This document shows, piece after piece, positions 30,910 through 44,150 of a DNA stretch of 64,000 bases (within the stretch, counting starts at the first letter, position 1; each line of letters starts with the position of its first letter). Origin of the DNA: the human T2T-CHM13v2.0 reference genome, Homo sapiens. The translations under genes were made by a program, and so were the position numbers. The stretch lies in NCBI RefSeq assembly GCF_009914755.1, contig NC_060927.1; one strand, 5' to 3'. Under the pieces are notes generated by a model. It searched no databases. It was given only the letters and a program-made list of their open reading frames with translations, and had not been told where the DNA came from.

Positions 30910-31403
30910 GAAAACCGGAATGCCCAGTGCACCCAACCGAGTTGGTGTTTGCCCTGGACCACTCCCGGGATGTCACTGAGCAGGAATTTGAGCGGATGAA
31001 GGAGATGATGGCTTTCCTGGTGAGAGACATTAAGGTCCGGGAGAACAGCTGCCCCGTGGGAGCGCACATCGCCATCCTCTCCTATAACTCCCACGCCAGG
31101 CACCTTGTGCGCTTCTCAGACGCCTACAAGAAGAGTCAACTTCTCAGAGAAATTGAAACTATTCCTTATGAGAGATCCTCTGCCAGCAGGGAGATTGGCA
31201 GAGCAATGCGGTTTATTTCCAGGAATGTCTTCAAGCGGACGCTTCCGGGGGCACACACGAGAAAAATCGCCACATTTTTCAGCAGCGGTCAGTCCGCGGA
31301 TGCCCACTCCATCACCACGGCTGCCATGGAGTTCGGCGCGCTTGAAATCATTCCCGTGGTGATCACTTTCAGCAACGTGCCCTCGGTCAGGCGCGCATTT
31401 GCG
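30910..31403 (+). CDS. COL6A6: C-terminal VWA domain C1, main exon (KPECPVHPTELVFALD...RRAFA)
   Basis: ttttag|GA...GCG|gtatga; within ORF 30879-31409; VWA beta-strand motif LVFALD. Confidence 0.93.
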
Positions 31404-32181
31404 GTATGAGGATGAAACCTTTCACATGACAATTCTTACTTATCTTGCCTGTATTCAGAAGCCCCTATACTACCTTGCCTTCAAAATCAGGGCCATTTGT
31501 TAGGAAGTTTAAAAAATTCTGGATTGGCAGAGTAGAATAAGTATTTCTTACTGTGTACTGGGAACACGTTAAGCTCTTTCTATTAAATGGGATAATGTCT
31601 ATTATTTACCTGTTTAATTTTCACAAGTAGTATGTATAAAATAGATGATGAGAAAACTGAGCATGCAGAAGTTAAGCCACTTTTCACGGTTCCCACAGCT
31701 AAGAAATGGCAGTGTCAGAACTTTACTCCAAATTTGCTGTTCTAGTGCTTCCCCAAGCTACTCTTTGAGTTGCCTCTGAATCTAAAGATACTGAATCAGG
31801 AGGCCGGTAAACATACATGTCACTTAGGGTAGTAATTGTTGCTGTGTGATGAGAGCCAATTTGCTGATTTTATAACTTCACTAATTATAAAGGAAAAGCC
31901 ATTGCAGTTATAGCTTCTTAGCTTGAGGAGTAAAATCTCAAATGTGTTGCATTCCTAAATAAATTCCCTGGGATTAAGATGACTGATGATAACTTTAAAA
32001 TATCCCGTTAATAGTGGCTCAGTGGCAGGGCTTCATCACTGGGGACCTGCTGGGCCCAGCAAAGGGTCCTTCCAGTTGGCCTCTTGGCACCACATGGTGT
32101 TCTGTTCTCCATGTGGAGACCGTGAAGGGGGGGGCCAGGGAGCAGCAAAGAGGCATTGGAAAATTTAAATTAAAAGTCCAG

Positions 32182-32475
32182 GGCCGGGAGCGGTGGCTCA
32201 CGCCTGTAATCCCAGCACTTTGGGAGGCCGAGGCGGGTGGATCACAAGGTCAGGAGATCGAGACCATCCTGGCTAACACGGTGAAACCCCGTCTCTACTA
32301 AAAATACAAAAATTAGCCGGGCGCGATGGCAGGCACCTGTAATCCCAGCTACTGGGGAGGCTGAGACAGGAGAATCGCTTGAACCCAGGCGGCAGAGCCA
32401 AGATCGTGCCATTGCACTCCAGCCTGGGTGACAGAGTGAGCCTCTGTCTCCAAAAAAAAAAAGAAAAAAGAAAAA
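32182..32475 (+). mobile_element. AluSc/Y-like with small right-arm deletion
   Basis: gagatcgagaccatcctggctaacacgg; missing the ggttgcagt segment. Confidence 0.88.
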
Positions 32476-32986
32476 GGCCAGCCATTTGAAAATTTATTTA
32501 GAGAAAATAAGACAAGAAACAATCATTGTCTTCAAGCGTATGAAAAAGTATTACTGGAGAAAATTAGCCAGCTGAATTCCAAATCTGCAAAATCATAGAG
32601 AAACTAGGGGTGACAGCAGTAGGAAACTTTAGGTTTTAAAAAAGAATTTTTGAAAGGCAATGTTGATTTACTGGGCATGAATTAATGCCAGTAGTCAAGA
32701 TGTTACCTTTATCTGCAGGTCTTTTGTAAGGGTGGTCACTCACCTGTGGAGGGTGACTTCTATTTTTCCTAGATTAGAGGCTAAAAGTGGCCTTTTGAGG
32801 CCATTTCCACTGTTCTAAATTTTCTGTGAAAGTGTTGAAATAAGCATAACAGAGTTGGAATATATTTCTCATCTGTAAAATATGGAAAGCAGAAAGCACC
32901 TGGTTCCTAGAGTTAGTGTGAAGATTAATTTATGCAACACTGCATTAGTGCCAGTACGTAGTGAGCAATCAAGAATGACAGCTTTT

Positions 32987-33311
<325 letters not shown>

Positions 33312-36300
33312 TTATTAGCATTCAGTTGCTTGATCCTGAACAAAAATTTGTTTAATAATAATCTAGGTTGTAAAGGAGCTGAAACTGCTATTATTAATAG
33401 TAGCATCATTGAACTAACCTTAGAATTATGCAAATGAAAGGCTGATGGATCAGGTTCAGATAGGGAAATGCAATAAAGTAGAAAAGAGTGGGGCCGGGCT
33501 ATGCAAATAGAGTTGCTATGAGAAGTAGCAGTAGCTAAAAAATTCAATAAGTGATTTTGGTTACATAGTCCTTGTAATTCCCTTATCCCTTGGTTTTGTT
33601 TAGTCATAAAAGGAGACAACTTTCTCTCCTGATGCAAATTGTGATATAAACTTAAACTGACACAATTCCACTCACCCACTCAAAGGTGTGTGTACAACAT
33701 TTAACTTCTGAAAATGTACTTTGTGTTTTAAACTTTTGAGTGTTCAGTCTCACCTAGAAATTGATGAATCTGGTTTCTTGATTCTACTCAAATCTTCTAG
33801 AAACTCTTAACTCCTTTTTTGAAGAAGTTCATCTCAAAAGAGCACCAATGAAGGTTTAAATTCTTCATAATGACCCCCATTAATGTAAGCAGCATTGGCC
33901 CCCAACACTGCAACTTATATGTGATTATCTGATTATTTTTCCTAATTTATGATGTGTGGCGATAGGAACAGTAACTGCTGATCTTCTAGTTTATTGGTCC
34001 CTGCCATACATCAGATATTTAACAAATGCTGAATGAATGAAAAAGCTCAGCGAAGAGCAGTTCTTTGCAACAGGTATAGAAAGAACAAAAGTTTAATAAT
34101 GTGTGAGATGCCTAATGCTGGGATGTAGGTTGGTTAAAGGAAACCCCAGTGATGTGTTTCTCGTGGAGAGGTACCTCTTCTCATTCAGATATCAGCAAGT
34201 CAGATTCAGAGATGATAAACACAACAAGGACCACATTGCTTTACAACAAGCTCAGGAACTCGGACTTGCTATGGAGTCAGAGATGAAGTCAGAATTGCTC
34301 CCAAGTTTCATCCAACAGATGTTTAATGAGTGCCTCATCTTATACACCAGGTACTGTCCTAGGGTCTGAGGATACAGGAGCAAACTGGAAAACCAAAAGG
34401 CCCACCCTGACGCTGGAAGATGAAACCAAGCAGGGTTGTCTGGAAGGGCTCAAAACAGAGCCATATATGCAACTTGGTTAGAACCCAATGTCTGATATTA
34501 CAGAAGAGAAATTACATTACTACCTCTACTTGCCGCCTTCTTTCTTTTATCCATTCTCTTCCATTGTGCTTTACCTACATTTAAACTGTTGTCCATTATT
34601 TTTTAAGAACAGAACTTGAAAGTCTCATGATACAATGCATTTTTATTGTGGGTCCACATTTTAAAACCCTAGTTTGTTTCATACCTACCAAGGCTTTTCT
34701 AAATCTTGATCCATCTGGGAGTTAAGTAGTCCATCATGAAATTTGGTACCTGTGCAGCCATGTGTGTTGGGACTCAGAAGCACCCGCTCTGACAGCATAT
34801 ACTGATTTCCCTGTTTCTTAGCAAATGGACTGTGATCACCGTCTTGGAAGTTTTTCATGATAGTATGAAGTTGAGTGGCAAGCTGTGCCTTCCTTCACAA
34901 ATGGAGGACCATTTTTTAATGGAAAAACATGTTTTTTGTTTGTTTGCTTATTTTGTCCCTAGGAATTTGCCTTTAGATTTGTTTAGCAATTGCTTCTTCT
35001 GATAAAATTTGACGTGCTGCACATTGAGGCTTCTAATCTAGGGTGAATCTCCCTTTCCAATATTTTGATAAGAAATATGTCTTTTAGCTAGCCTGGCTTT
35101 TTATTTTACACTGCTGTGTGGCGTCGCAGCTAAGAGGAAAATTAAGTGTAGTCTTTGACATTATAGATGATTCTCATGATTAGAGACAGAGTTGAAATGG
35201 GGGGAGACTTCTCATGGAAAACAAGAATTTTGGCACCCAACCTTTTTATTTTGAAGATAATTTTTATTTGTTTATATATAATTGTCTAGAAGAGAATTAT
35301 TCATAATATTCATTGTATTTTTTCTTAGATGTTTAGACATGCCCCATGATGTTTAGAGAAGAAAGAGTAAGGTATCATTCAGAACCCTTTGCTAAATGCC
35401 CCAAACCTCCCATCTGTGAATGTAATAGCTGTGCTTTCATCCAAGCTGGTGCTTCTTTGAATCCACAGGAGAGTGAGCAATAAGAAACATAAATAATAGG
35501 ACCATTTTATTTTAAATCTTTAGCCCACATTCAGTTTAAGGAATTTTTCTGTAATATGCTAACTATACTTATTCCAGTGATATGTGGTAGGATGAATGAA
35601 CTCTAAAACTACATCTTCCAGACTTTATTGACTGAAAGATTACTTGGTCAAGGGGGAAAGGTTGGGGGAAGTGGGGAGGTATTGGGTGAGAGTGCAGACC
35701 CCCTGTGGACTCTCCCCATAAAACAACTCACTAGAATCAATGAGAAGGTTGATGTTGCTCTAAGTTGACACCAATGTGTTGATACGTGATTAAATGTGAG
35801 CCTAAATTATCAGCAGGGACCAACACCAGAAATATGGAAGTGGTCATGTTGTAGACATGTAGAACATGTAGAATAGAAGACTAATTAGCAAATGGCAGCA
35901 ATGTTTGGGCAATGTCTTGAGAAACACTGCTCTAAATTAAGTTAGAGACCTACTGATAAAAAACTCTAATCATAAAGGTAGCTAATACAGAAGATGGAAG
36001 GTAGCCCTTGTTTGGGGAGAGCAAAACTTAAATCGGAGCCTTCCATAATCCACCCCTTCTGAGGCTCACTTGGCTCATCTTTAAATGGTTGCAATAGATG
36101 ACATCATTCCTGATTTCTTCTAGATCAAATGTTCCATGATTTTTTTTTCCCCCTGGATCCTGATCATTGGCAATAAGAAAGCTCTTGGCCCTTCCCAGGT
36201 AGTCTGAGCTATGCTGTCTGAACTGACACTGGGTTTGGTTTCCAGTCATTTACCACAATCCAGATGGAGTGAAGGCATGATTCACTTAAAACATTGCAAA

Positions 36301-36534
36301 GAGACACCTCTTAATAGCTATTAATAATGCAGACTAACTCTCCTGGTGTATAGTCAAGACTACTTTGTTTACAGATCACAAAAACCAATTTAAGCTAGCT
36401 TAGGTATACCCATATACACACATCCTAAGTAGAATTTATAAGTATCTGGAGCCCAGGTGTCCTCTGGTCCTAAGTCCAGATAAGCAGCCTCTGCTTTTAC
36501 CCTGTGCTCATGTAACGTTCCAGTAGGTTCATTT

Positions 36535-36990
36535 TGCCTACTGCCCACATAGAGCTGACTTAGCAAGATGGGGAATTGCAGTAGAGAAAGAGCTTAATTA
36601 ATGCAGAGCCAGCTGAACAAGAGACCGGGGTCTTATTATTACTCAAATCAGTCTCCCTGAGAATTTGGAGGCTAGGGCTTTTCAAGGATAGTTTGGGGGA
36701 AGAGGGGAGTGGTTAGGCAATGGCACTTGCTGCAGATTGGTTGGAAATGCAATCATAGGGGTGTGGAAAATGGTCTTCATACACTCTGAGTCACTTCTGG
36801 GCGGGGCCACAGGAGTGGTTGGTGGGTTCAGGTGGAGCCATTAGTTATCAGAAATGCAAAACAACCTGAAGACATCTCAAAGGGCCAATCATAGGTTCTA
36901 CAGTAGTGATGTTATCTGTAGGAGTAAATTGGGGAAGTTATGTATCTTGCAAGCTCCAGAATAATGACTAGTAATGAGTAATATAGCCCA
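36535..36990 (-). mobile_element. MER4-group/LTR8-like ERV1 LTR fragment
   Basis: ttattactcaaatcagtctccc, gattggttgg and ctacagtagtgatgttatc motifs. Confidence 0.55.
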
Positions 36991-36999
36991 TTGTTCCTG

Positions 37000-39542
37000 A
37001 GGTGTCCAGGATCCCCTTTTTACCCTCCAAAGTGCCTCATAGATAAGCAATTTTGTTTGGGTTAAATCTTTCCCACGGTGGCCACTGTAACTCTTATTTT
37101 TGGTAAGGTTTACCCATTTCTCTAGAAGAGAATAGGTTCCAAGATAGAAGACTTGTTGAATCCAGATGAACCCACTCTTCTCTGTCTTCCTTAATCTTAC
37201 CAACCTACTGGACCCAGTCCAGCTTCTGCCTGACCCAGTCAGACATCTGAGGCCTCTAATTGGATGCAATCCTATTAATTACAGGATCCAATCTGATCTT
37301 GGACCCAGCCAATATAAAAATTACTCAAATAAACTTGAAGAGCTCAAAACACAAGTTCATGGAGCTTGAATCAAAGAGAACTCACCCATGATCCCAGTTG
37401 CTGTGAGAGATCAATGGGCACAGTGGACCAGGCAGGTATATTTACCTGGTCACTTGGTGCGCCTGGGAGTCACTGGAAGTCTACTTTGGATCCCATTTGT
37501 GATACCAAAGTGTTAAAAACTTTAGGCAAGTTAAATTTTGCAGAGTTTATTTGCACTAAGAGCTATTTGTAAATCTGTCATGGGATCTTTGGGGTGTTGC
37601 TCCACCAGCTGGAAACCTCTGTGGCCAGTGGTGCCTTTGCCCAAGTTTTTACTCAGGCCCACTAGGCTTGTTCCACCCATTCAGCCTGGCAGGCTGTGCT
37701 TGGCTCATGCTACCAGCCTGAATCTCATACCTGCCAAGGGCAAGCCAGGCATGGAGCAGCGAGGGGTGTGTGAGCAAGTGATTGTGGGGTGGCAGGGTGG
37801 GCAGCTCCCTGCGAGGCTGTGGCTGGACCAGGTGTACCTCAAGCAGCTTCCACAGCTGGCACTGGGGAACATGGTGGCACCTGGAAACTTGGAGATGCCA
37901 GGAACTGCAGACCCCCAGAGAGGGTATCACAGCCCTGACTTGAGCTCCTAGGTCTGGGCTCCCCAGAGGGCTGCAGCTCTTCTCTCTCCTCTCCTCTCTC
38001 CTCACCTTGTTGTCACCCACAACGTGGTGAAAAAGGAGCATGTTTCAGCCCTGTGTGTGTTACAGCTGTTTTAGCTCTACCATTCAGTGGGTCCTGAGTT
38101 TTTGTCCTGCATCCTGGAAGAATGAGGTACACAGACAAGTGGAGGGTGAACAAGGTGAAGAGGAGCTTTATTGAGTGACAGAACAGCTCAGAGGAGACCT
38201 GCAGTGGGTAGCTCCTCTCTGCAGACAGGGTCTCCTGATGAGTGTCTGGCTCTCAGCAGAGAGGAGGCCCTGGGGTGGGTAGCTCCTCTCTGCAGCTGGT
38301 CAACTGGTGGCCTCCTTGAGTCTGTCCGAGTCCAGGGTTTTTATGGGTTTCAGAGGGGAGGAAGTGTGTGCTGATTGATTAATGGGAGGCCACTGACGGG
38401 CCAGAAAAAGCACCATAAGTTCCCATTTTGGTCAGCCCAGCCCCCAGGCTTCGGGCTCCCCCTGGCTTGAAGGTGGGGTTTCACTGAGGACCCACCCCTT
38501 TCCACACAGAGGCCTGTCTGCCTCCTTCTGTCATCCAGTGGAGCCCAGGCTGTTTGCACTGAGGGGTGCCTACAGGCCAGTACCAAGCTGCCCTGAGAAC
38601 CCCCCTTGGACTCCCTCTCGTGCTTGTTAGCACCCAAACTCGGGAGGGGGCTGAGGCAGTGAGGCTGGCATGTCAGCACTGCCCATGGTGTGTGCACACC
38701 TGGCCGGGTTGCAACAGTGCCTGGGCTCAGCCTCAACTTTGCTCCAAGATCAGAGCAGGTGCTGGAGCAGAGAGAGGCTAGGTAGCAGGAGCAGGCATTT
38801 CGAGCTGGTAGGGGCAAGGGGTTTCCCAGGTCTCCAAGAGTGCAGAAATGCCTGGGCCCACAGCCGCAGCCAGACGGCTGCAACTGCTCCCAGGAGGGCA
38901 GGGCCCCTGCCTACTCCCAGCCCCCAAGAGCACAGGGATGCCTGGGTCTGGAGCCACAGCTGGATGGCCGCAGCTGCATTCAAGGAGCAGGAGGCTCTTA
39001 CCCTGCCAACTCAGAAGCGGGTGGGGCTTCCACCTGTTCCCAGCTCCCAGGGTTCCATGGAGTGTGCAGCCCCGACTGTACTCAGGTAGCATGAACCAAG
39101 CACAGCCTGCCAGGCTGAATGAGTGGGACAAGCCTAGTGGGCCTGACTGCAGCCAGCATCATGGCAGTGGCCACTCCAGATGGGCCACCACTGCCATCAA
39201 ATCGAGCAGCCCTCAGAACCAGAGGAGTTTCAGAGAGCTGTTCTTCACAATGTGGCAGGCAGTGTTTATGGATGAAAATGGAAGTGAACTACAGAAACAG
39301 CTTGACTGATTACGGTTCGGGCTTTGCCTCATTTGAACATGGTCTAATCAGTTGGCCACTTGTGACTAACTGAAGCATAGCCGCTATGATTGGCTAAGAC
39401 TTGGCTATTTGTTTAAAACAACAACAACAACAACAACAACTCCTAAGATAGGTTTTCAGTTAGTACGTACTAAGTTAGGTTGCAGTTGGTTACATGAGGA
39501 CTCAAAATACAGAGGTGTCCTCAGGCCAAATGTACTTTAACA
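37000..39542 (-). mobile_element. MER31/MER4-group LTR (split by the MER52-like LTR) plus adjacent internal fragment
   Basis: TGTTAA ends at 37511 and ~39542; PBS-like TGG... follows the LTR on the minus strand. Confidence 0.55.
37576..39199 (-). mobile_element. ERV1 solo LTR, MER52-like, nested in another LTR
   Basis: TG...CA ends, 4-bp TSD AATC (37572-37575 and 39200-39203), GC-rich ~1.6 kb. Confidence 0.75.
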
Positions 39543-40517
39543 CCATATCTAGTCCAGTCAGCTATGGTTGAAGACAGAGTTACGCCATATAAACAACTGA
39601 TGAAGTTCTACCTCTGTGGATTAATTATGGTGATGGGGGATCTTCCCAGAGAAAGAGGGTAGTCATTAGCTTAGGACAGGAGAATCACAGGGAAAAACTA
39701 AAATATCATCTGACTCATCTCTTAGGCATTAGATAAGGTCATGCCTACAGTTTTTCTTTAATTATCAATGATCTCTGGGTCAATTAGTGAAGCTCATAAT
39801 TCTTGTTCAGAGCCTCCTTATCTTCCCCCTGTTCTCTACCCTCAAGCTCCCCCTGTGGGTTACTAACAATGGGGCCAAGTTGGGAAAGGGTTGGGAGTTG
39901 TTCAGAGAGCTGCATGGACGTAGATCTGAGTGTATTTCAAAGACAGCTTCAATGCCTAGTTTATAGTAGAAACCTAAAGATAGTTTATAAAGGGCATCCT
40001 GTGATTTTACATGGGTCTCTGAGACTTAGGTAGGGGAGAGGAGGTCTCTGATACTCTTTCTTAAATGGCTTCAGTGTCTTTTGATCGGTCCTTTTAACGT
40101 TTCATTGAGCTTCAGTTTCCCCATCTGTAAAATGGGGATGATGAGCATAACTCACTGTATTGCTGCAGTAATAGATATGAAAATGTTTTGTGATCATTAA
40201 CCACCCACACTGTACTGTCTGTGCAAGCGCTTTACAAATATGAACCCATTTAATGCTCACAGTAGTCCTGTTAGGAGGTAGTAGTACTCTTATTTTACAG
40301 ATGAAGAAACATGGAAAATAACTTGTCATATAGTTAAATTGAGAGTCAAGGTTTAAACCCAGACAGAGCTCTTAGCCATGCTTACATGCTGTGCCTCCCC
40401 CGTACCTTCTTAGAAGGAGCAGTGTTACTCTCTCCAGATGTCAGTTCTCTATGTAGTCCTAAGAGGTTCTTGCAGCCCTACCCACTAAGTTCTTTCTGCT
40501 GCTTCTGCTTCTTTTAG

Positions 40518-40614
40518 ATTGACGACACTGGCACATTTCAAGTAATAGTGGTTCCCTCCGGGGCCGACTACATACCAGCATTAGAGAGACTCCAGCGGTG
40601 CACTTTCTGCTATG
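40518..40614 (+). CDS. COL6A6: End of C1 (IDDTGTFQVIVVPSGADYIPALERLQRCTFCY)
   Basis: ttttag|ATT...TAT G|gtaaga; CxxCYD motif of collagen VI long chains. Confidence 0.92.
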
Positions 40615-43478
40615 GTAAGACCCACAGAGAGAAGGTAATTTGGTCAGGCCTATTAAGCATGATGAGTCACCACTGGCAGGGGCAACTGGAACTTGGCAGC
40701 AGGGATACTTATGGCCTTGGGAGGACCTCTCTGGGGTTCTGGGCCCACCCTGTCACACTTCATCTTCCACAGATGAATCCTCTCAGCTCAGCAAACATGG
40801 TCTCTTCCTATATATCCCAGCAAAAGAGTTGCATTCCAGGCCTTTCTACATAGTGCAGCTTACAGGAAACAGTAATGATTCTTAGAAAAACAGCCTATTT
40901 CATTGCCAAGTTTTTATGCTATAAAGTATATTTATGTGTTTTCTAAATCTCAAATGTTCACAGCCACAAAGAAATGCCTGAAAGCAATTCAGCACCCTCC
41001 TACCTGCTTAGGAATATTTTTTAGTACAGTCAAAGTGGAAAATAGCAGAAATTCATACATTTCTCATTGAAAAAAGGCTTCATAGACTCCCAAATATTAA
41101 GCATCAGAAAGATTTGCAGTGTTGATTTATTTGTAGTGTTTTATACGTAATGTATAGGTCTAACTAGAAAACTGGACTCTAATCTTCCATTTGAGTGTTC
41201 TAATAATTACAAAGACAGTGGAAGCCACTGGAATCATTGGTGGCTGTAATAGCTAAGAGATATAAAGCATTTTCTATAGGCCATGCACTGTTCTAATTCA
41301 TGTAATATCAATGATGGTGATAATGACAGTTAATACTTAAACTATTGTGCTTATGTTCCAAGCACTGTTTTAATAACTTTAAATGAATTATGTCATTCAG
41401 TCTTTAAAATCACCCTAAAACATTTAAACTACTATTAGTTCCATTTTACAGAAGAGAAAAATAAAGCTTAGAGATAGTAATTTGCTCAGGGCTTCACAGC
41501 CATATTAAACCCAAGAAGGCTGACTCTAAACCGTCTGCAGTTTATGAAAAACAGGTCTCATTCTTCTGCTCCCTAAACCTCTCCATTTGAGCCTGTAGAA
41601 AATGCTTGATTTTTCTCCTTCACATGTATCAGTGAGATGCAAATGCCTGCCATATAAATGACCTAAATGAGGAAGGTAGTAATTCTGAGGGAGAAGTAGG
41701 GTTTCTGGTCTTCTAATAACCCCTCTTCTTTCTGTCTTCCCTCTGCTCCCCTCTATCAAATTTCCCTCTTTCCCTCTCCTTCTCTTGACTGCACAGAATT
41801 GGTTTAGGCGCTGGCAATCTTACTCAGAACAGTTAAAGTGCTTTACATACTGTGGGGAGATACATTCCACCCTATGTATTCTCAGTTGCTTTTTCAAACA
41901 TGTCAGTTACAACAGTGTGATGGTATGTTGCATAGTCAGAAGTTGCACATGTGTGACTGGGGATAGATTTTGGCTTCATTTCTTGGCTTAAACCCTTGTT
42001 TTGTCTCTTAGGCATATAATAAAAGAGATTTTGGCTGTTGTTTCCTGCAATTAAAAATCCTACAAAACTGAGCAAATGGGCAGCCTGCTGTCCCTGATTT
42101 TAGAAACTGCTTTGCACACAGGTGACTGTTTTATCATCTGACCATTATACAGGACCATAAAATTTTAGTTAACTTCAGTAAGGGAACCATAACTTATCCA
42201 AAGTCACATCTTTATTGAGTCCATGAACAAGACTGTAGTGAGAATTTTCTTACATCTCCTAGGATCAGCACTCTGGTTATTAATCTTTCATCTAAGTTTT
42301 TATTTGTGGCCTCTGCCTATATATCCAGTACCAACTGTCCATACTCATGTTACTCCATTTTTCTTTCTTATCTTTGGTTATTAAAGAGGCTATTTTCATC
42401 CTCAACCATCAACTACTATTGAAAACCCAGGATTACAAAATGTCAGCCCTGAAAGGGGTCTGTAGGTGAGCCTGGTCCTACCACCTAATTTTACAGAACT
42501 ATGCTGAACTGAAGCCCAGTGGTGACTTGGCTAGGGGCACACAGCTTGTTACTGAAACGAGACCAGAACCCAAGCATCCCAGCTCTCAGGCCAAGGGGCC
42601 TCCCCACTACTATACCACCTGGCCTCATCTCTAACAATAAAATACTGACTTCCTATATAGAAACTTCTAGAAATACTGGTGTGTCCTTAGGCAAAATTAT
42701 TTTACTATCCTGGCCACAGTCTCTTCTGTAAAATTACAACATTAAATGACCTTTAAGAACCTTCCATTTCCATTTTTTTATTCCTCTGAATATTCATGGT
42801 GGTCATATTCAATAAAATCCCGTTTTTATTACTATGCATTCTTTTATTAAATGAGATATGCATATTTATAAAATGACCTCATTTAGGAAAGTCCATTAAT
42901 ATCTAATATTCATTTAACAAACATGTATTCAGTTTTCAACTAATGAGCACTATGGAAATGCAAAGATGAGCTTTGTCCTTAAGGATCACTCATAGGTAGA
43001 CACTGAGTTATAAACTTATTTAAATTGAAATAAAAGATATATTACTTTGTTCACTTTTACTTTGTAAGCACTTCTTCATAGTAGAATATAAGCGTAGTGA
43101 TAATATTGTCAATCTAGAGGGATGAGTCACTGTTATGTTGTGATACAGTATACCCTTGCATGCACGAGGCCAATCGTCCACTTCAAATGACATAAACTTG
43201 AGACACAGCCAAGATTAAACTTCTGTTGAAAACAGCCTAATCTTTAAAAGTCTGATAGCATTAGTAAATGGAGTCCAAGACACAAGCTGGGTATAAAATC
43301 TGTACTTTTGGGGGACAGATGCAAACCATGTACTAGGAAATCTTCCTGTTACTATTAAAGTATTTAGTCACTATTTTAACATCAAAGACTATGCAGTTTC
43401 CAAATGTCAAAATATTTGACATGCTATCTTCCCTTTTCTATTTCTACTTAGTAACCCAGAGTAACTTTTGGTTCACAG

Positions 43479-44150
43479 ATGTGTGCAAGCCAGATGCTTC
43501 TTGTGACCAAGCCAGACCACCCCCTGTGCAGTCTTACATGGATGCTGCTTTCCTTCTGGATGCCTCCCGGAACATGGGAAGTGCTGAATTTGAAGACATA
43601 AGAGCCTTCCTTGGAGCACTATTAGATCACTTTGAAATCACCCCAGAGCCGGAGACTTCTGTCACTGGAGACCGGGTGGCCCTATTGAGCCATGCTCCCC
43701 CCGACTTCCTACCCAACACTCAGAAGAGTCCAGTTAGAGCTGAGTTCAATCTTACCACCTACAGAAGTAAGCGCCTCATGAAGAGGCATGTGCACGAGTC
43801 AGTTAAACAACTAAATGGAGATGCTTTTATTGGTCATGCCTTACAGTGGACTCTGGACAATGTATTTTTAAGTACACCCAATCTGAGAAGAAACAAAGTC
43901 ATATTTGTGATATCTGCTGGGGAAACCAGCCACTTAGATGGGGAAATCTTAAAGAAGGAATCCTTGCGAGCCAAATGTCAGGGATATGCCTTATTTGTGT
44001 TTTCCCTTGGCCCTATTTGGGATGACAAGGAACTGGAGGATCTCGCCAGCCACCCTTTGGATCACCACCTGGTCCAGCTTGGCCGAATTCATAAACCTGA
44101 CCACAGTTATGGTGTGAAGTTTGTGAAGTCCTTTATAAACTCAATCAGGC
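43479..44150 (+). CDS. COL6A6: C-terminal VWA domain C2 exon (DVCKPDASC...MDAAFLLDAS...FINSIR)
   Basis: tcacag|AT...AGG C|gtaagt; 672 nt; within ORF 43391-44161. Confidence 0.94.

Noticed and set aside
37538-39373. Cluster of long overlapping ORFs
   Set aside because: GC-rich LTR sequence is poor in stop codons; no gag/pol/env motifs.
40100-40380. Oppositely oriented MIR fragments upstream of exon 40518
   Set aside because: Too diverged to support a stable duplex; a common arrangement.
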